Origin: Macrostomum lignano
Taxonomy: Eukaryota
Direction of reading: 5' to 3'
Assembly: GCA_002269645.1 (NCBI GenBank)
Contig: NIVC01001013.1
Coordinates: 56,764 to 120,763 of the forward strand
DNA: 64,000 bases
The notes beneath the pieces are model-generated. The model was given only the letters and a program-made list of their open reading frames with translations, was not told where the DNA came from and made no database searches. The translations under genes and the position numbers were made by a program. Shown one piece after another: positions 35,261-46,875 of this stretch; position 1 is the stretch's first letter, and each line of letters begins with the position of its first letter.

Positions 35261-36572
35261 CCTATTGTGCTCAATGCAGCATCTGCTGTTTCTAAAGTCA
35301 ATAATTTTGTTTGCCCAGTCGACAGCATGAGGCCCAGTGAGACAGGACAGGTCCCTCATCATTCAATCTCAGGTTACGGGGATAACAAGTGGCCAGTGTG
35401 CGGGGGAACAACAGAGTTTTTAAAGTTTGCATCGTTAGACAAATATTGTCAAAATCAAAATTCTGATCCTTAACAATCTGTCGAGAGAGTTGTGTGCTCC
35501 ATATAGGTCAGCTCATCCAGCAGGGGATGCCAGAACGATCGGTGCTCCCCATTCCTGTGCCTTGTCTGTCAACCAGCCATATGAGACCCAATTGTCCCCT
35601 GCCTTGCCTGCCTATTCGAAGCTATAGTCTGATATAAGAAGTGTTATATTATTATCTTCAACTGGCCCAGGCAATTCACTTCACCGAGCCGCAAGAAGTG
35701 AGCATAGTTACTAAGGGGGAGAAGAGCTTAGAGACCAGGCACACATATCGCCCTCTGTATGCAGACAAAGCATTATTTGGGTGCATTAAGGTAAGGGGCC
35801 TCGGGTCCGCAATCAGGGACAAAGGCATGCAGTTCTCTCTGCAGAGTGAGAAAGAAAAAAAAGGCAGAGAAATGCGACGCGGTGCAATAAAGTGTGATCA
35901 GAGAGCAAACCGGACCTTTGCGTGACTGGACTGAGGCTCGATCCCGGGATGGGATAAGGCAGCCAGGCGTCTTCCTGCCGCCTTTCAGTCAATTGCGCAA
36001 TAGGGGAACTTTTTTGACCCTTCAACCATCATTTGGTTTCATTGGAGCCCCGCGGCCTTGGAGACAAACCGCGCGCGTGTGTGTAGGATGAAGACAGTTT
36101 TTTAGTCTCTAATGGCCTTTTTGACTGCACCAATCAGCCCTTCTATCACTGCTTAATTACTTTATAGCAATACTTGAAGCCTCAATCACGGGGGGGGGTG
36201 ATCATATCTGACTATTATTTTTTTGCCGCAAACTTTCACGCATGCACTCCGCATCTGGCACTCGACTATCTCAGGAGTCAGCCGCAACACCAACACACAC
36301 TCACCCGCAGAGCCCGCAAGGAGTACGTGTGCAAGTACTGCAGGCGCCACTTCACCAAGTCCTACAACCTGCTGATTCACGAGCGAACCCACACAGATGA
36401 GAGGCCGTTTCCCTGCGAGATCTGCGGCAAAGCCTTCAGGCGACAGGACCACCTGCGGGACCACCGGTACATTCACTGCAAGGACAAGCCGTTCAAGTGC
36501 GACGTCTGCGGCAAGGGCTTCTGCCAGGCCAGGACTCTGCAGGTGCACAGGACGCTGCACACCGGGCACCAG
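32107..36572 (+). CDS. osr: Odd-skipped family C2H2 transcription factor (exons 32107-32194, 33485-34307, 36311-36572, plus an unresolved last exon)
   Basis: Fingers [29 protein letters not shown]...[15 protein letters not shown]...[13 protein letters not shown] are the odd/OSR signature. RFNFARLA resembles the OSR RFDFANLA motif. Splice phases match (G|GTGAGC..CAG|AC; CG|GTGAGT..CAG|A). Confidence 0.93.
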
Positions 36573-36584
36573 GTAGATAAATTT

Positions 36585-36800
36585 GAACTTCTCTTGAGAT
36601 TTAACTCTCCACAACAATCTCCCCTATGAGATTTAAGCCTCTACAATAATCTCCTCTTTGAGATTCAAGCCTGTACAATAATCTCACTCATGAAATTTAA
36701 CCCTCTACAATAATCTCCACTATTAGATTCGAGCCCACCACAATAATCTCCCCAATGAGATTTGAGCCTCTACAATAATCTCCCCTATGAGATTAAGCCT
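36585..36800. repeat. Short degenerate tandem repeat (~38 bp, TGAGATTTAAGCCTCTACAATAATCTCC core) after the last finger exon
   Basis: Direct inspection; follows the donor CAG|GTAGAT. Confidence 0.8.
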
Positions 36801-38129
36801 CAATTGAATTCGCAGGCAACTGTAACCATTCCAGATTCAAGAGGCCGCCGCCCCAGCAGTTGCCAAGTGCGACTAGGCCAGGCAGTCTCAGCACTCCGTA
36901 CCTGCAGCTGTCGCAGTCCTTGCACCCTGTGTGCCCTCTGCTGCCCTCAGCTCAGCACAGAACAACAAAATTAAATGAAGCAACTTTTACTTCTTTAGCT
37001 CTGCTTTTCCTTTGTCCAATTGCTTATGTGTGTTCTCCCGTGCAGTTGAGCTCTATATTTTCAAATCCTCAAATCCACTTTGCTATTCCAGCTATTTAAC
37101 TCCTTAATTTTAAACTTGTTTGTTTTACTGAGCTACAGACTGGCAGTCCTTCAAATATTCATTCTGTAGCCTTCAAATAGAATTTCCATTGCTGCTGCTT
37201 GAGCTCGCAGAAGCAATTGCAAATCTTATTGTGAAACCGGATTTTGTTTCCTTTTGCTTCGAGTTCTGTTGTATAGGCGACTGTTGCTTTTTATGGTGCA
37301 TTGTTTCACTTTTTCTGCGTGTTTTCTTTTCTGTTCTGAAGTTCCGCAACTTCCACAATTGCCCCCCCCCCGATATGCAAGCAGTTTGGCACCTGATAAT
37401 GCAATGCAAATATTTATTTTTTATAGCTAATTATTATTATATTATAGAAGTCATTGGCAATATTTGATGCAAATAAAATATGCGCGTTTTGCGGGTATAT
37501 AATTATTGTATTTAAATTACTATGAAAACAAGCTGAGACTGTTTTTGAGACTGAACTCATTATTTCTGACGTACGCCTAGAAATAGCAAATGTTCAACAT
37601 TCTCTAGTTGCTAACCGAATATATATTTTTATAGATAAAACCGATGAAGAATCCTGTGCAGTATTGGTGGGATTAAAATCCCATGTTTATCATAGGCTGA
37701 CTGCAAATTAACTCGCGAACATTCAGCAGTTTAGTTGGCAAGGCAGCCAGTGGAACGTGATCGCTGGGGACCTTGGAGAGATAAGCGAGTCCCTAAACAG
37801 CAGTTCCAACTCGATCCTGCTCGGAGTCTCTTATCGGATACTTGATTGACACCTTGAAAAATTTAAGACGCCGCCCATGCAGAGCGTCAGGTGAGTTTCT
37901 GACGGTGTTCTGCGCGAGAAGAGAATTGAGATATAAACCGTCTCTGTGCAGGGAGGGCACACAGAGAGAGGGTTTGACACGGGGTCTGTTTGCTTGACAA
38001 CCTACGAGGTAAACAGTGAGCTCTCGCAATTGACTCAAAACTGCTACTTAAATTTAAATGTTAAACACAGGAATTTCTTGTACATGGGGCTCCTGACCAG
38101 TTGGTGCTACAGCGAGCGACTACGCGCCA

Positions 38130-38682
38130 ATAGTGATCGATTAGGCACCAATAGGGATCAATTAGGTGCTAATAGGGATCGATTAGGCGCTTACATGGAT
38201 CGATTAGGCGCTTACATGGATCGATTAGGCGCTTACATGGATCGATTAGGCGCCAATTAGGATTGATTGGTGCCAATAGGGATCTATTAGGCGCCAATAG
38301 CTACGGATAGTTTAGGCGCCAATAGCTAGGGATAGATTAGGTGCCAATAGCTAGGGATAGATTAGGTGCCAATAGGGATCGATTAGGTGCCAATAGCTAG
38401 GGATAGATTAGGTGCCAATAGGGATCGATTAGGCGCCAATAGCTAGGGATAGATTAGGTGCCAATAGGGATCGATTAGGTGCCAATAGCTAGGGATAGAT
38501 TAGGTGCCAATAGGGATCGATTAGGCGCCAATAGCTAGGGATAGATTAGGTGCCAATAGGGATCGATTAGGTGCCAATAGAGATCGATTAGGCGCTAATA
38601 GGGATTGATTAGGCGCCAATTAGGATCGATTAGGCACCAATTAGGATTGATTAGGCGCCAATAGGGATCGATTAGGCGCCAA
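38130..38682. repeat. Minisatellite, 21/25-bp unit GGATCGATTAGGCGCCAATAG
   Basis: Direct inspection. Confidence 0.93.
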
Positions 38683-39214
38683 AGTGAGCAAAAAATCAAA
38701 TCAGCAATGAGTATTCATGGCCAGGGGTGCATGCATGGCACAGAATACAGTGTTGCATACAATAACAGTCAACATTGCGCACCACATTGGCCCAGAAGTT
38801 TATAAGAACTGATAGAATAAGCATAAAAAATAATATAATAAATATATTTCCAGCAGCGGTGCGGGAGCCATTAAACTGTCAGAGTTGCGATTCTCACGCT
38901 GCGGACAGCAAGTGCTACTGTATAAAGTTTGAGTTTGTCTCTGGTAAGTTAACTCAATGCAGCTTTGCATATCTTTGCATTTAGCAGACAGGAGTTTCTA
39001 AAGAGATTGTAAATTAGCATTTTGAGACTGTATGGGCGGCAGGACCACCGGAGCACAGAAAATCTGCGCATCTGTGGGAAGGCAGAGAGAAGCAAAAGCA
39101 GACAGACGGCGAGATGAAGGTTATAAAGTTGAACAATTTTTTTTCAAAGCGCAATAAGGCGCGGAGAGTTAATAGCTAAGGAGCCATGGAGCGAGGGGTC
39201 TGCAGCGAGAGATC

Positions 39215-39722
39215 GCTAAAATCTCATCTGTGGCGCTAAATTGGCGCTAAGATCTCATCTGTGGCGCTAAATTGGCGCTAAAATCTCATCCGTGGCGCTA
39301 AAATCTCATCCGTGGCGCTAGAATCTCATCTGTGGCGCTAAATTGGCGCTAAAATCTCATCCGTGGCGCTAAATTGGCGCTAAAATCTTATCCGTGGCGC
39401 TAAATTGGCGCTAAAATCTCGTCTGTAGCGCTAAACTGCCGCTAAAATCTCACCTGTGGCGCTAAATTGGCGCTAAAATCTCACCTGTGGCGCTAAACTC
39501 TCACCTGTGGCGCTAAATTGGCGCTAAAATCTCACCTGTGGCGCTAAAATCTGACCTGTGGCGCTAAATTGGCGCTAAAATCTCACCTGTGGCGCTAAAC
39601 TCTCACCTACAGCGCTTAATTGGCGCTAAAATCTCAGCTGTGGCGCTAAATTGCCGCTAAATTCTCACCTGCAGCGCTAAACTGCCGCTAAAATCTCACC
39701 TGTGGCGCTAAATTAGCGCTAA
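39215..39722. repeat. Minisatellite of CTAAAATCTCACCTGTGGCG and CTAAATTGGCG subunits
   Basis: Direct inspection. Confidence 0.92.
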
Positions 39723-40457
39723 AGTCTTTCGACTTGAGTCTCAAAAACAAGTGTTTAGATTTGTGTAAGATTTGCCACTGCAGACTCTGTGCCATGGCTA
39801 GAGCAGCCCAAGGTTTGCGCCATCATCGTCAAGAGAGGCAGGCAGAAGCCGCCGGCAAATGCAGAAGAGAGTTATGGCCTGGAGCGGCCTCCCAGCTTAC
39901 AACTCTATAAGCTATTCCCAACGCGGGTGGCCTCCGCGGAGAGTTTCGTAGGCTTGCTTTTGACTTCTTCTCTCGTCTGCGTGCCAAAGACAAAAAAGTC
40001 AAATTGCCTGCCGCAGTGCAGAGCACCCGCCCCCTCGTATAAAATGAGACAGCATATAAACTAGCTGCTCAAGTCCTGCATTGACTGCTGTTCTGTCTGG
40101 CTGCTCCGGCAGTTCTCCAGCTTTTAATATTAAGGTGGCGCTCTTCTTTTAGGGTCTGTCTTAGAGGTAAGGAAGGTGAGGGACTTAGGAGGGTTGTGGG
40201 AGGTCTGGGAACGGGGCCTGCGGAGTTACAGAGGCCAGCGGCTTGTAATAATATTACTAATAATAGTAGTTCGCGCAATAATATAGCAACCATCATTTAT
40301 ATAATATAGAAGATAATACCAGGTAACTTCAATTTGTCCCGTTTTCCGGGTCAACAGAAATTGGCATTGAAAGTTGAAATTTGTGTGCCGTGTGTCGCTT
40401 CATCTTGGAAGAGGCACTAAAAAGGCGTCTGACCAAGACTAGCGCCACTAACAGCGC

Positions 40458-41115
40458 CCCATGTGACTCTCTTGGATCCCATGTGACTCTCTTGGATCCC
40501 ATGTGATACTCTTGGATCCCATGTGATACTCTTGGATCCCATGTGATACTCTTGGATCCCATGTGACACTCTTGGATCCCATGTGACACTCTTGGATCCC
40601 ATGTGACTCTCTTGGATCCCATGTGACTCTCTTGGATCCCATGTGACACTCTTGGATCCCATGTGACTCTCTTGGATCCCATGTGACTCTCTTGGATCCC
40701 ATGTGATACTCTTGGATCCCATGTGATACTCTTGGATCCCATGTGATACTCTTGGATCCCATGTGACTCTCTTGGATCCCATGTGACACTCTTGGATCCC
40801 ATGTGATACTCTTGGATCCCATGTGACACTCTTGGATCCCATGTGACTCTCTTGGATCCCATGTGACTCTCTTGGATCCCATGTGACACTCTTGGATCCC
40901 ATGTGACTCTCTTGGATCCCATGTGACTCTCTTGGATCCCATGTGATACTCTTGGATCCCATGTGATACTCTTGGATCCCATGCTATACTCTTGGATCCC
41001 ACGCGATACTCTTGGATCCCATGTGATACTCTTGGATCCCATGTGATACTCTTGGATCCCATGTGACTCTCTTGGATCCCATGTGACACTCTTGGATCCC
41101 ATGCGATACTCTTGG
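40458..41115. repeat. Minisatellite, 20-bp unit ATGTGA(C/T)(T/A)CTCTTGGATCCC
   Basis: Direct inspection; about 33 highly homogeneous copies. Confidence 0.97.
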
Positions 41116-41308
41116 ATCCCATGTGACAATTTTTGATCTTGTGTGACATTTTGGATGTGTCACCAAACCAGCCCATCTGAGCTACATGTATTTTGATCAC
41201 TCAGTCCTGGCCATAGAATGTCATTTAGAGGACCAAATTACTTGTAAAGAAACCAACAGCTTTGCTCAAAAATTGCTTTCTCGCACGTAGCCAGGCCAGG
41301 TTATTTGT

Positions 41309-41805
41309 ATGCCAGCCAGCGGCATCCAGCCAGTACCAGATCAAATCCATCAAGCAAGCACAAAAGCAAAATCCGCTGCAGAAATGCAGGCCTTAAAAAA
41401 GCGGCAGCAGAACCCGAGCGAGCCGGCCAAAGCTGCTCAGCTGCTCAGACAGGCCTCCAACAACACCAGCCGGGACTCCGCATCTTCTGAGGCTCAGCTC
41501 ATTGTGGCCGACTGTGTGCATGCCAGCGCCAGCTATGCGGCTCAGCACGAGCGGTTCATGCGCTCGGACAAAGACTCTGTCTTGGCCGAGCTCGAGTCCG
41601 ACCTGCGCGACCTGATTGTGGGATCGCAGCGCTGCTGCCACCTGGACAAGAGCTTCCAGGACTTGCAACACCAACTGACGCCGTCGCTGCCGCCGATGTG
41701 CCTGCCGCACCAACGGCGCCTGTCGGCGTCGGCCATCTCGCAGGCGTCGGGCTCTTCGAGGGCGTCGTTTGTCTCGGCCAAATCGGCTGGCGCGGCCCCG
41801 CAGCA

Positions 41806-41836
<31 letters not shown>

Positions 41837-43396
41837 AAGCAGCAACAGCACCAGAAGCAGCAACAACAGCAACAGCAGCAACAGCAGCAGCAGCCGACGA
41901 CGACAAAGACGGACAAGAGGAAAAGCCAAGGCAGCCTGGCGACTGGTGGTGAGGCACCGAACCCGGCCGGGTTGCCATTCTGCATCGAATTCCCAACGTC
42001 TGAACCTCTGGTTTATCGTCCCTAACATCTAGTTTATCGCCTCTGACATCTAGTTTATCGCCTCTACATCTCGAGTTTATCGCTTCTGACATCTAGTTTA
42101 TTGTCTCTTACATCTAGTTTATCGCCTCTGACATCTAGTTTATCGCCCCTGACATCTAGTTTATTGTCTCTGACATCTAGTTTATCGCCTCTGACATCTA
42201 GTTTATCGCCCCTGACATCTAGTTTATTGTCTCTGACATCTAGTTTATCGCCTCTGACATCTAGTTTATCGCCTCTGACATCTAGTTTATTGTCTCTGAC
42301 ATCTAGTTTATCGCCCCTGACATCTAGTTTATTGTCTCTGACATCTAGTTTATCGCCTCTGACATCTAGTTTATCGCCTCTGACATCTAGTTTATTGTCT
42401 CTGACATCTAGTTTATCGCCCCTGACATCTAGTTTATTGTCTCTGACATCTAGTTTATCGCCTCTGACATCTAGTTTATCGCCTCTGACATCTAGTTTAT
42501 CGTCTCTGACATCTAGTTTATTGTCTCTACATCTCGAGTTTATCGCTTCTGACATCTAGTTTATCGCCTCTACATCTCGAGTTTATCGCTTCTGACATCT
42601 AGTTTATCGCTTCTGACATCTAGTTTATCACCTCTGACATCTAGTTTATCGCCTCTGACATCTAGTTTATCGCCTCTGACATCTAGTTTATCGCTTCTGA
42701 CATCTAGTTTATCACCTCTGACATCTAGTTTAGCCATCACGAACTTCTTCAAGCGCCGACCCCAAACCCTAATGATGTTTGACAGAACGCCGCTCGCAGC
42801 TCACTGACACCAGAAAGTCGCAGCCAATCGAGCTGAAAGTGTCCGAGGATGATGAGCCGGACGAGCCCGAGGAGCGGACACCCGAGCTGAACAAATTCGT
42901 CCGCCGGCTGCAGCGATTCTTCCGAATGTCCGAGCCGGACGCAGCGGCCGTCGTCCAGGGCATCCACGAGCGCTGCCGGCGCAGCATGCCGGAGACCAAG
43001 CGGATCATTCAGTGCCTTCTGATCGGGGACCAACGCCGCTCCGACAACCGGCGCAAAACTCGGTCGCTCCGTCGGCCGGGCCGGCCGAGCATCTTCGGCG
43101 CCCCCGGCGAGACGGAGAGCAGCAGCGGGCAGAGCCGCGGCGCCTCCACCATCGTGGTGGAGGGCGGCATGGACCGGTCCTCCAAGCTGCTGTCCAAGCA
43201 GACTGGCCGCACAACTGACATAACCTGCCTGCTGTGCGCTGACATCGATGCCACCAACGAGGTGACCAGAATTCCCCAGCTGGAGATCGGCCTGCTCGCA
43301 GTCGAGCCGCCCGACTTTGCGGACGTGCAGCGGCTGGACTTTCAGGACCCGCCAATCCGGCTTATCCGGCACATGACGCGGCGCAACTCCGGGTAA
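41309..43396 (+). CDS. Uncharacterised polyQ-containing protein (putative exons ~41309/41384-41948 and 42786-43396)
   Basis: Two GC-rich ORFs with host-like codon usage, joined in phase 1 by G|GTGAGG...TTTGACAG|AA around a satellite-filled intron; no domain recognised; 5' end uncertain. Confidence 0.6.
42020..42730. repeat. Intronic minisatellite, 21-bp unit TCTGACATCTAGTTTATCGCC
   Basis: Direct inspection. Confidence 0.95.
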
Positions 43397-46209
43397 CCCC
43401 GGGGATGACTAAACTACGAGTCCCTTAAAAATGAGTCCCTTCTCATTTTTATCCCTTTTCTAAGAAATACAACTTCAAAGAGGTGTAGCAGTATGGCTTG
43501 GAACAATAAAGATACTCGAATGTATACCCAACCTTTATCCGATATTACGCAAGCCCAGCCCACTGGCCACTGCTTACAAACTTACAATACAAACCAGCTT
43601 GAGTATAGGGTGGCGCCGCGGCAAACACTGCTGCAACACAATGTCAGATAAGCTTGATAAAACCGAAGCTATAGACGAGAAATGAAAAAGGTTTTGCTCC
43701 TATGCAAAGAGAGCCAGTTTGAAGAGTTACTATCAAGTTGTGACTGCTTCAGCAGGCAATGCTGACTGACACGCCAGGCATCAGGAAGGCGGAACCGAAG
43801 CACAATTGGCTGCAATTCAACCGATAGCAGTTTTTATTTTTCAAGCCAGCAGGGATTAAAACTTCCTCAACAACGGGGTTGCAGGAAATGACAGGCCTTG
43901 CTTTTCCTTTCTTTCTCAGCAGGCAGCATCCCCCATATCCCGGATCCCCGCCGCGGGAAGATCCAGATGAAGGACACATCGCAGGGATGCAGGCGCAGGT
44001 TAAGCAGGCCGCCTGAGAAAGGGAAATCAAGGAGCTCTGCAGACATTTCTGCAGGCTCATTAGCACCTTAAGCCCGATAATTCCATCGCGATTGCCCACC
44101 GGCACTGTCCAAAATACAGCAGGAAGTTGCAGAGCAATCAACGCCCCCTCAAATTGCGGCGGTGTCCGCTGCTGCGCAGACTTCACATCCGAAGCCGCCG
44201 CAGTGCGGAAGGCGGAACCGCTGCGATGGATGGTGTGGGAGAGAATAATAAAAAAATCGCAGCTCAGAGTGCCGCGGCTCTAACTGGAGCAGGGGGGGGG
44301 GGCGGCTACACCTCAGCGGCTCAACTCAAATTTATGCAGGTAAACTCCTCAACAAAAACTACTCCACGGGTTTAGCTGTCCGTCTGGCTGCTGAATAGGA
44401 ATTGTACCATAGACAAAACTCAACAGGTCTTGTCTCGCTAAGGGGAAACATGAAACAGAGTGGCTCGGGCATAGACTATCACCTCGTTTTAGTGTATGGC
44501 TGTGTACTCTTCGTTTTATTAGTCTATGTATGGTTAGAAATGGTTTTTACCATAGACTATGATGAATCAAACGGCTTTTATTGTATATTGAATTCGATTG
44601 AAATATTAAGTGATTGTATTTTATACGCAATTCGACCATAGACATATGCTGCAACGGGCGTTTCAACCTTAGGCTTAAGCCCGCTTCACTTGCGACTGCG
44701 ACCATAGACTATCTCATTCTTGAATGGATAAAACCAAGCCAATTTAAAATAGAAACCACAGAACACATGGTTTAAAATTAGCGGGCACTCTTAATCATCA
44801 AGATTGTTACTGGTTGTCTATGGTCTGACATGGCTGTTGAGTGTCTATGGCAATTAACAGGTACGGTAATGAAAATTAATCGATTCCATATTACTAAACA
44901 GTTAAAACATCTTCCTCTCGGGATTAAAATTGATTTTACAGCGTGGAGCAGCAAACTTATAAAACAGTGCATTCGACTGTCACAAGGATTAATTTAATTC
45001 GATCAAACTGGATAGATTGACTTCGAATGTAATTCATACCAAATAATTTGCAGCCAATTCGATAATAATTGTAGAACAGCAAAAACCAGTGGCGCCCAGC
45101 AGTCTGAGAGAGTCAAGTGGGAGGCGTTGGCGCCACTTGCACTTGACAGGACTTGGCGACAGGACTTTACTACCAAAAAAGTGAGCAAGATAGATAAAGG
45201 CGCAGGTGAGACTCAAGAGAGACTCAGACAGTGTGCCAAGGTGCCAATCTGTCAATTAACACGGGCCACACAGAACAGGGCTATTGAATTTTGACTGACA
45301 AGCCCAGGCAGCGGAGGAGCTAAGCGCGGCACAATGCCCAATGCTAGAAGGCAGACAGTCGGGCAGCCATGAGACTGGAGATAATCTGGCCCAGAGCAAA
45401 TAGCATTTTAAGCAGCAACAGTTAATTAACGCCTACGACACACCCACACAGCATCTTGGCCTAGCTTATTAGGTAACTGAGCAAACAGTTGATAATATCC
45501 AAGTCAAATCAAATGTTTAATTTATGATCATTAAAAAAAACGACAGATAACTAATAGAGATTTATTTTCATTATTATATTAAATAATGCAAAGATTTGGC
45601 TCAACAAAACACTGCTACGAACTATAAAGATTTCATAAATATATCACCAGTAGAAACCTAGGCATTAGACGCAAATGAGTCAAAAATATTATTGACATTC
45701 CAAATACCGCCTTCTACAGTTGACATCTACTTGTGATCATAAATTTCGCAATAAATACTCAATACAGCCTACTGCAAGTACAACTAAGAGGTGCAATGAA
45801 GAAATTTGGAATTCATGATCTAGCAAAATAAACAAATTACTAATTACAGATCAACGGAGGCTGGATAAGTTTTGAGAAAAAATAGATTTAAATAATGACA
45901 AAATTATCCGCTTAAAGTAGTATATTTAGACTGTGGAGTACGGCAATCAATCTTACAGCTTACAATCAAAGCGAAATGACAGATTAAGTATTGGACAAGC
46001 CAGATACAGGAATAAAAAGTGGAAAAACTTGTCTTTCTGAAAAGTGTGGCGGTCAAATATGGAACGCGCGAGGTATGCTGTAGGGGTACTACTGTATTGC
46101 GATCTAAGCATTCACACTCACACATTCAACACACATTCACACATTCAACATTCACACTCTGTTTGAAATAGCACTTATTATTAGTTAACTAACTAAAATC
46201 AGTCCTAGC

Positions 46210-46690
46210 CCACTGCACAGCCCACTGAACAGCCGACTGCACAGGCACAGCCATCCGGACAGCCCACTGGACAGCACACAGCAGCACACTGGACAGCCTA
46301 CTGGACAGCCCACTGGACAGCACACCGGACAGCCCACTGGACAGCACACCGGACAGCCCACTGGACAGCACACAGCACAGCCCACTGGACAGCCCACTGG
46401 AAAGCCACTGGACAGTCCACCGGACAGCCCACTGGACAGCCCACCGGACAGCCCACCCGACTGCACACAGCACAGACCACTGGAAAGCGACTGGACAGTC
46501 CACCGGACAGCCCACTGGACAGCCCACCGGACAGCCCACCCGACTGCACACTGGACAGCACACAGCAGCACACTGGAAAGCACACTGGACAGTCCATTGG
46601 ACAGCACACTAGACAGCCCACCGGACAGCACACTGGACAGTCCACTGGACAGCACACTGAACAGCCTACAGCAGCACCCTGGACAGTCAG
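46210..46690. repeat. Degenerate ~12-bp minisatellite CACTGGACAGCC
   Basis: Direct inspection; downstream of the GLUT stop codon. Confidence 0.9.
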
Positions 46691-46875
46691 CTTTAGAACC
46701 AAATAAAAGGTCTAGCGTCTTTACAAATGTGACAATGTTCCAAATACACTACTATCCAGGCGTTTTATATTAAATTTCTAATACACAATAATGTAAAATA
46801 ACCGTATTGTACCGGATCAAGACAGGGGAATAGCGTAAAACTGTTTATGAGAGCGATTTCAATCAGCATTCAGCA

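Noticed and set aside
40069-40296. Minus-strand ORF with a signal-peptide-like N-terminus
   Set aside because: The hydrophobic stretch comes from low-complexity TAA/TAG-like repeats on the + strand; no cleavage, amidation or family motif supports it.
40329-41200. MGSKSITWDPRVSHGIQE repeat ORFs; also a CRISPR-like appearance
   Set aside because: 20-bp head-to-tail repeat with no spacers, in eukaryotic context, with no cas genes.
46185-46702. Metallothionein-like CCPVGCPV ORFs
   Set aside because: Derived from a 12-bp minisatellite and open in several frames.
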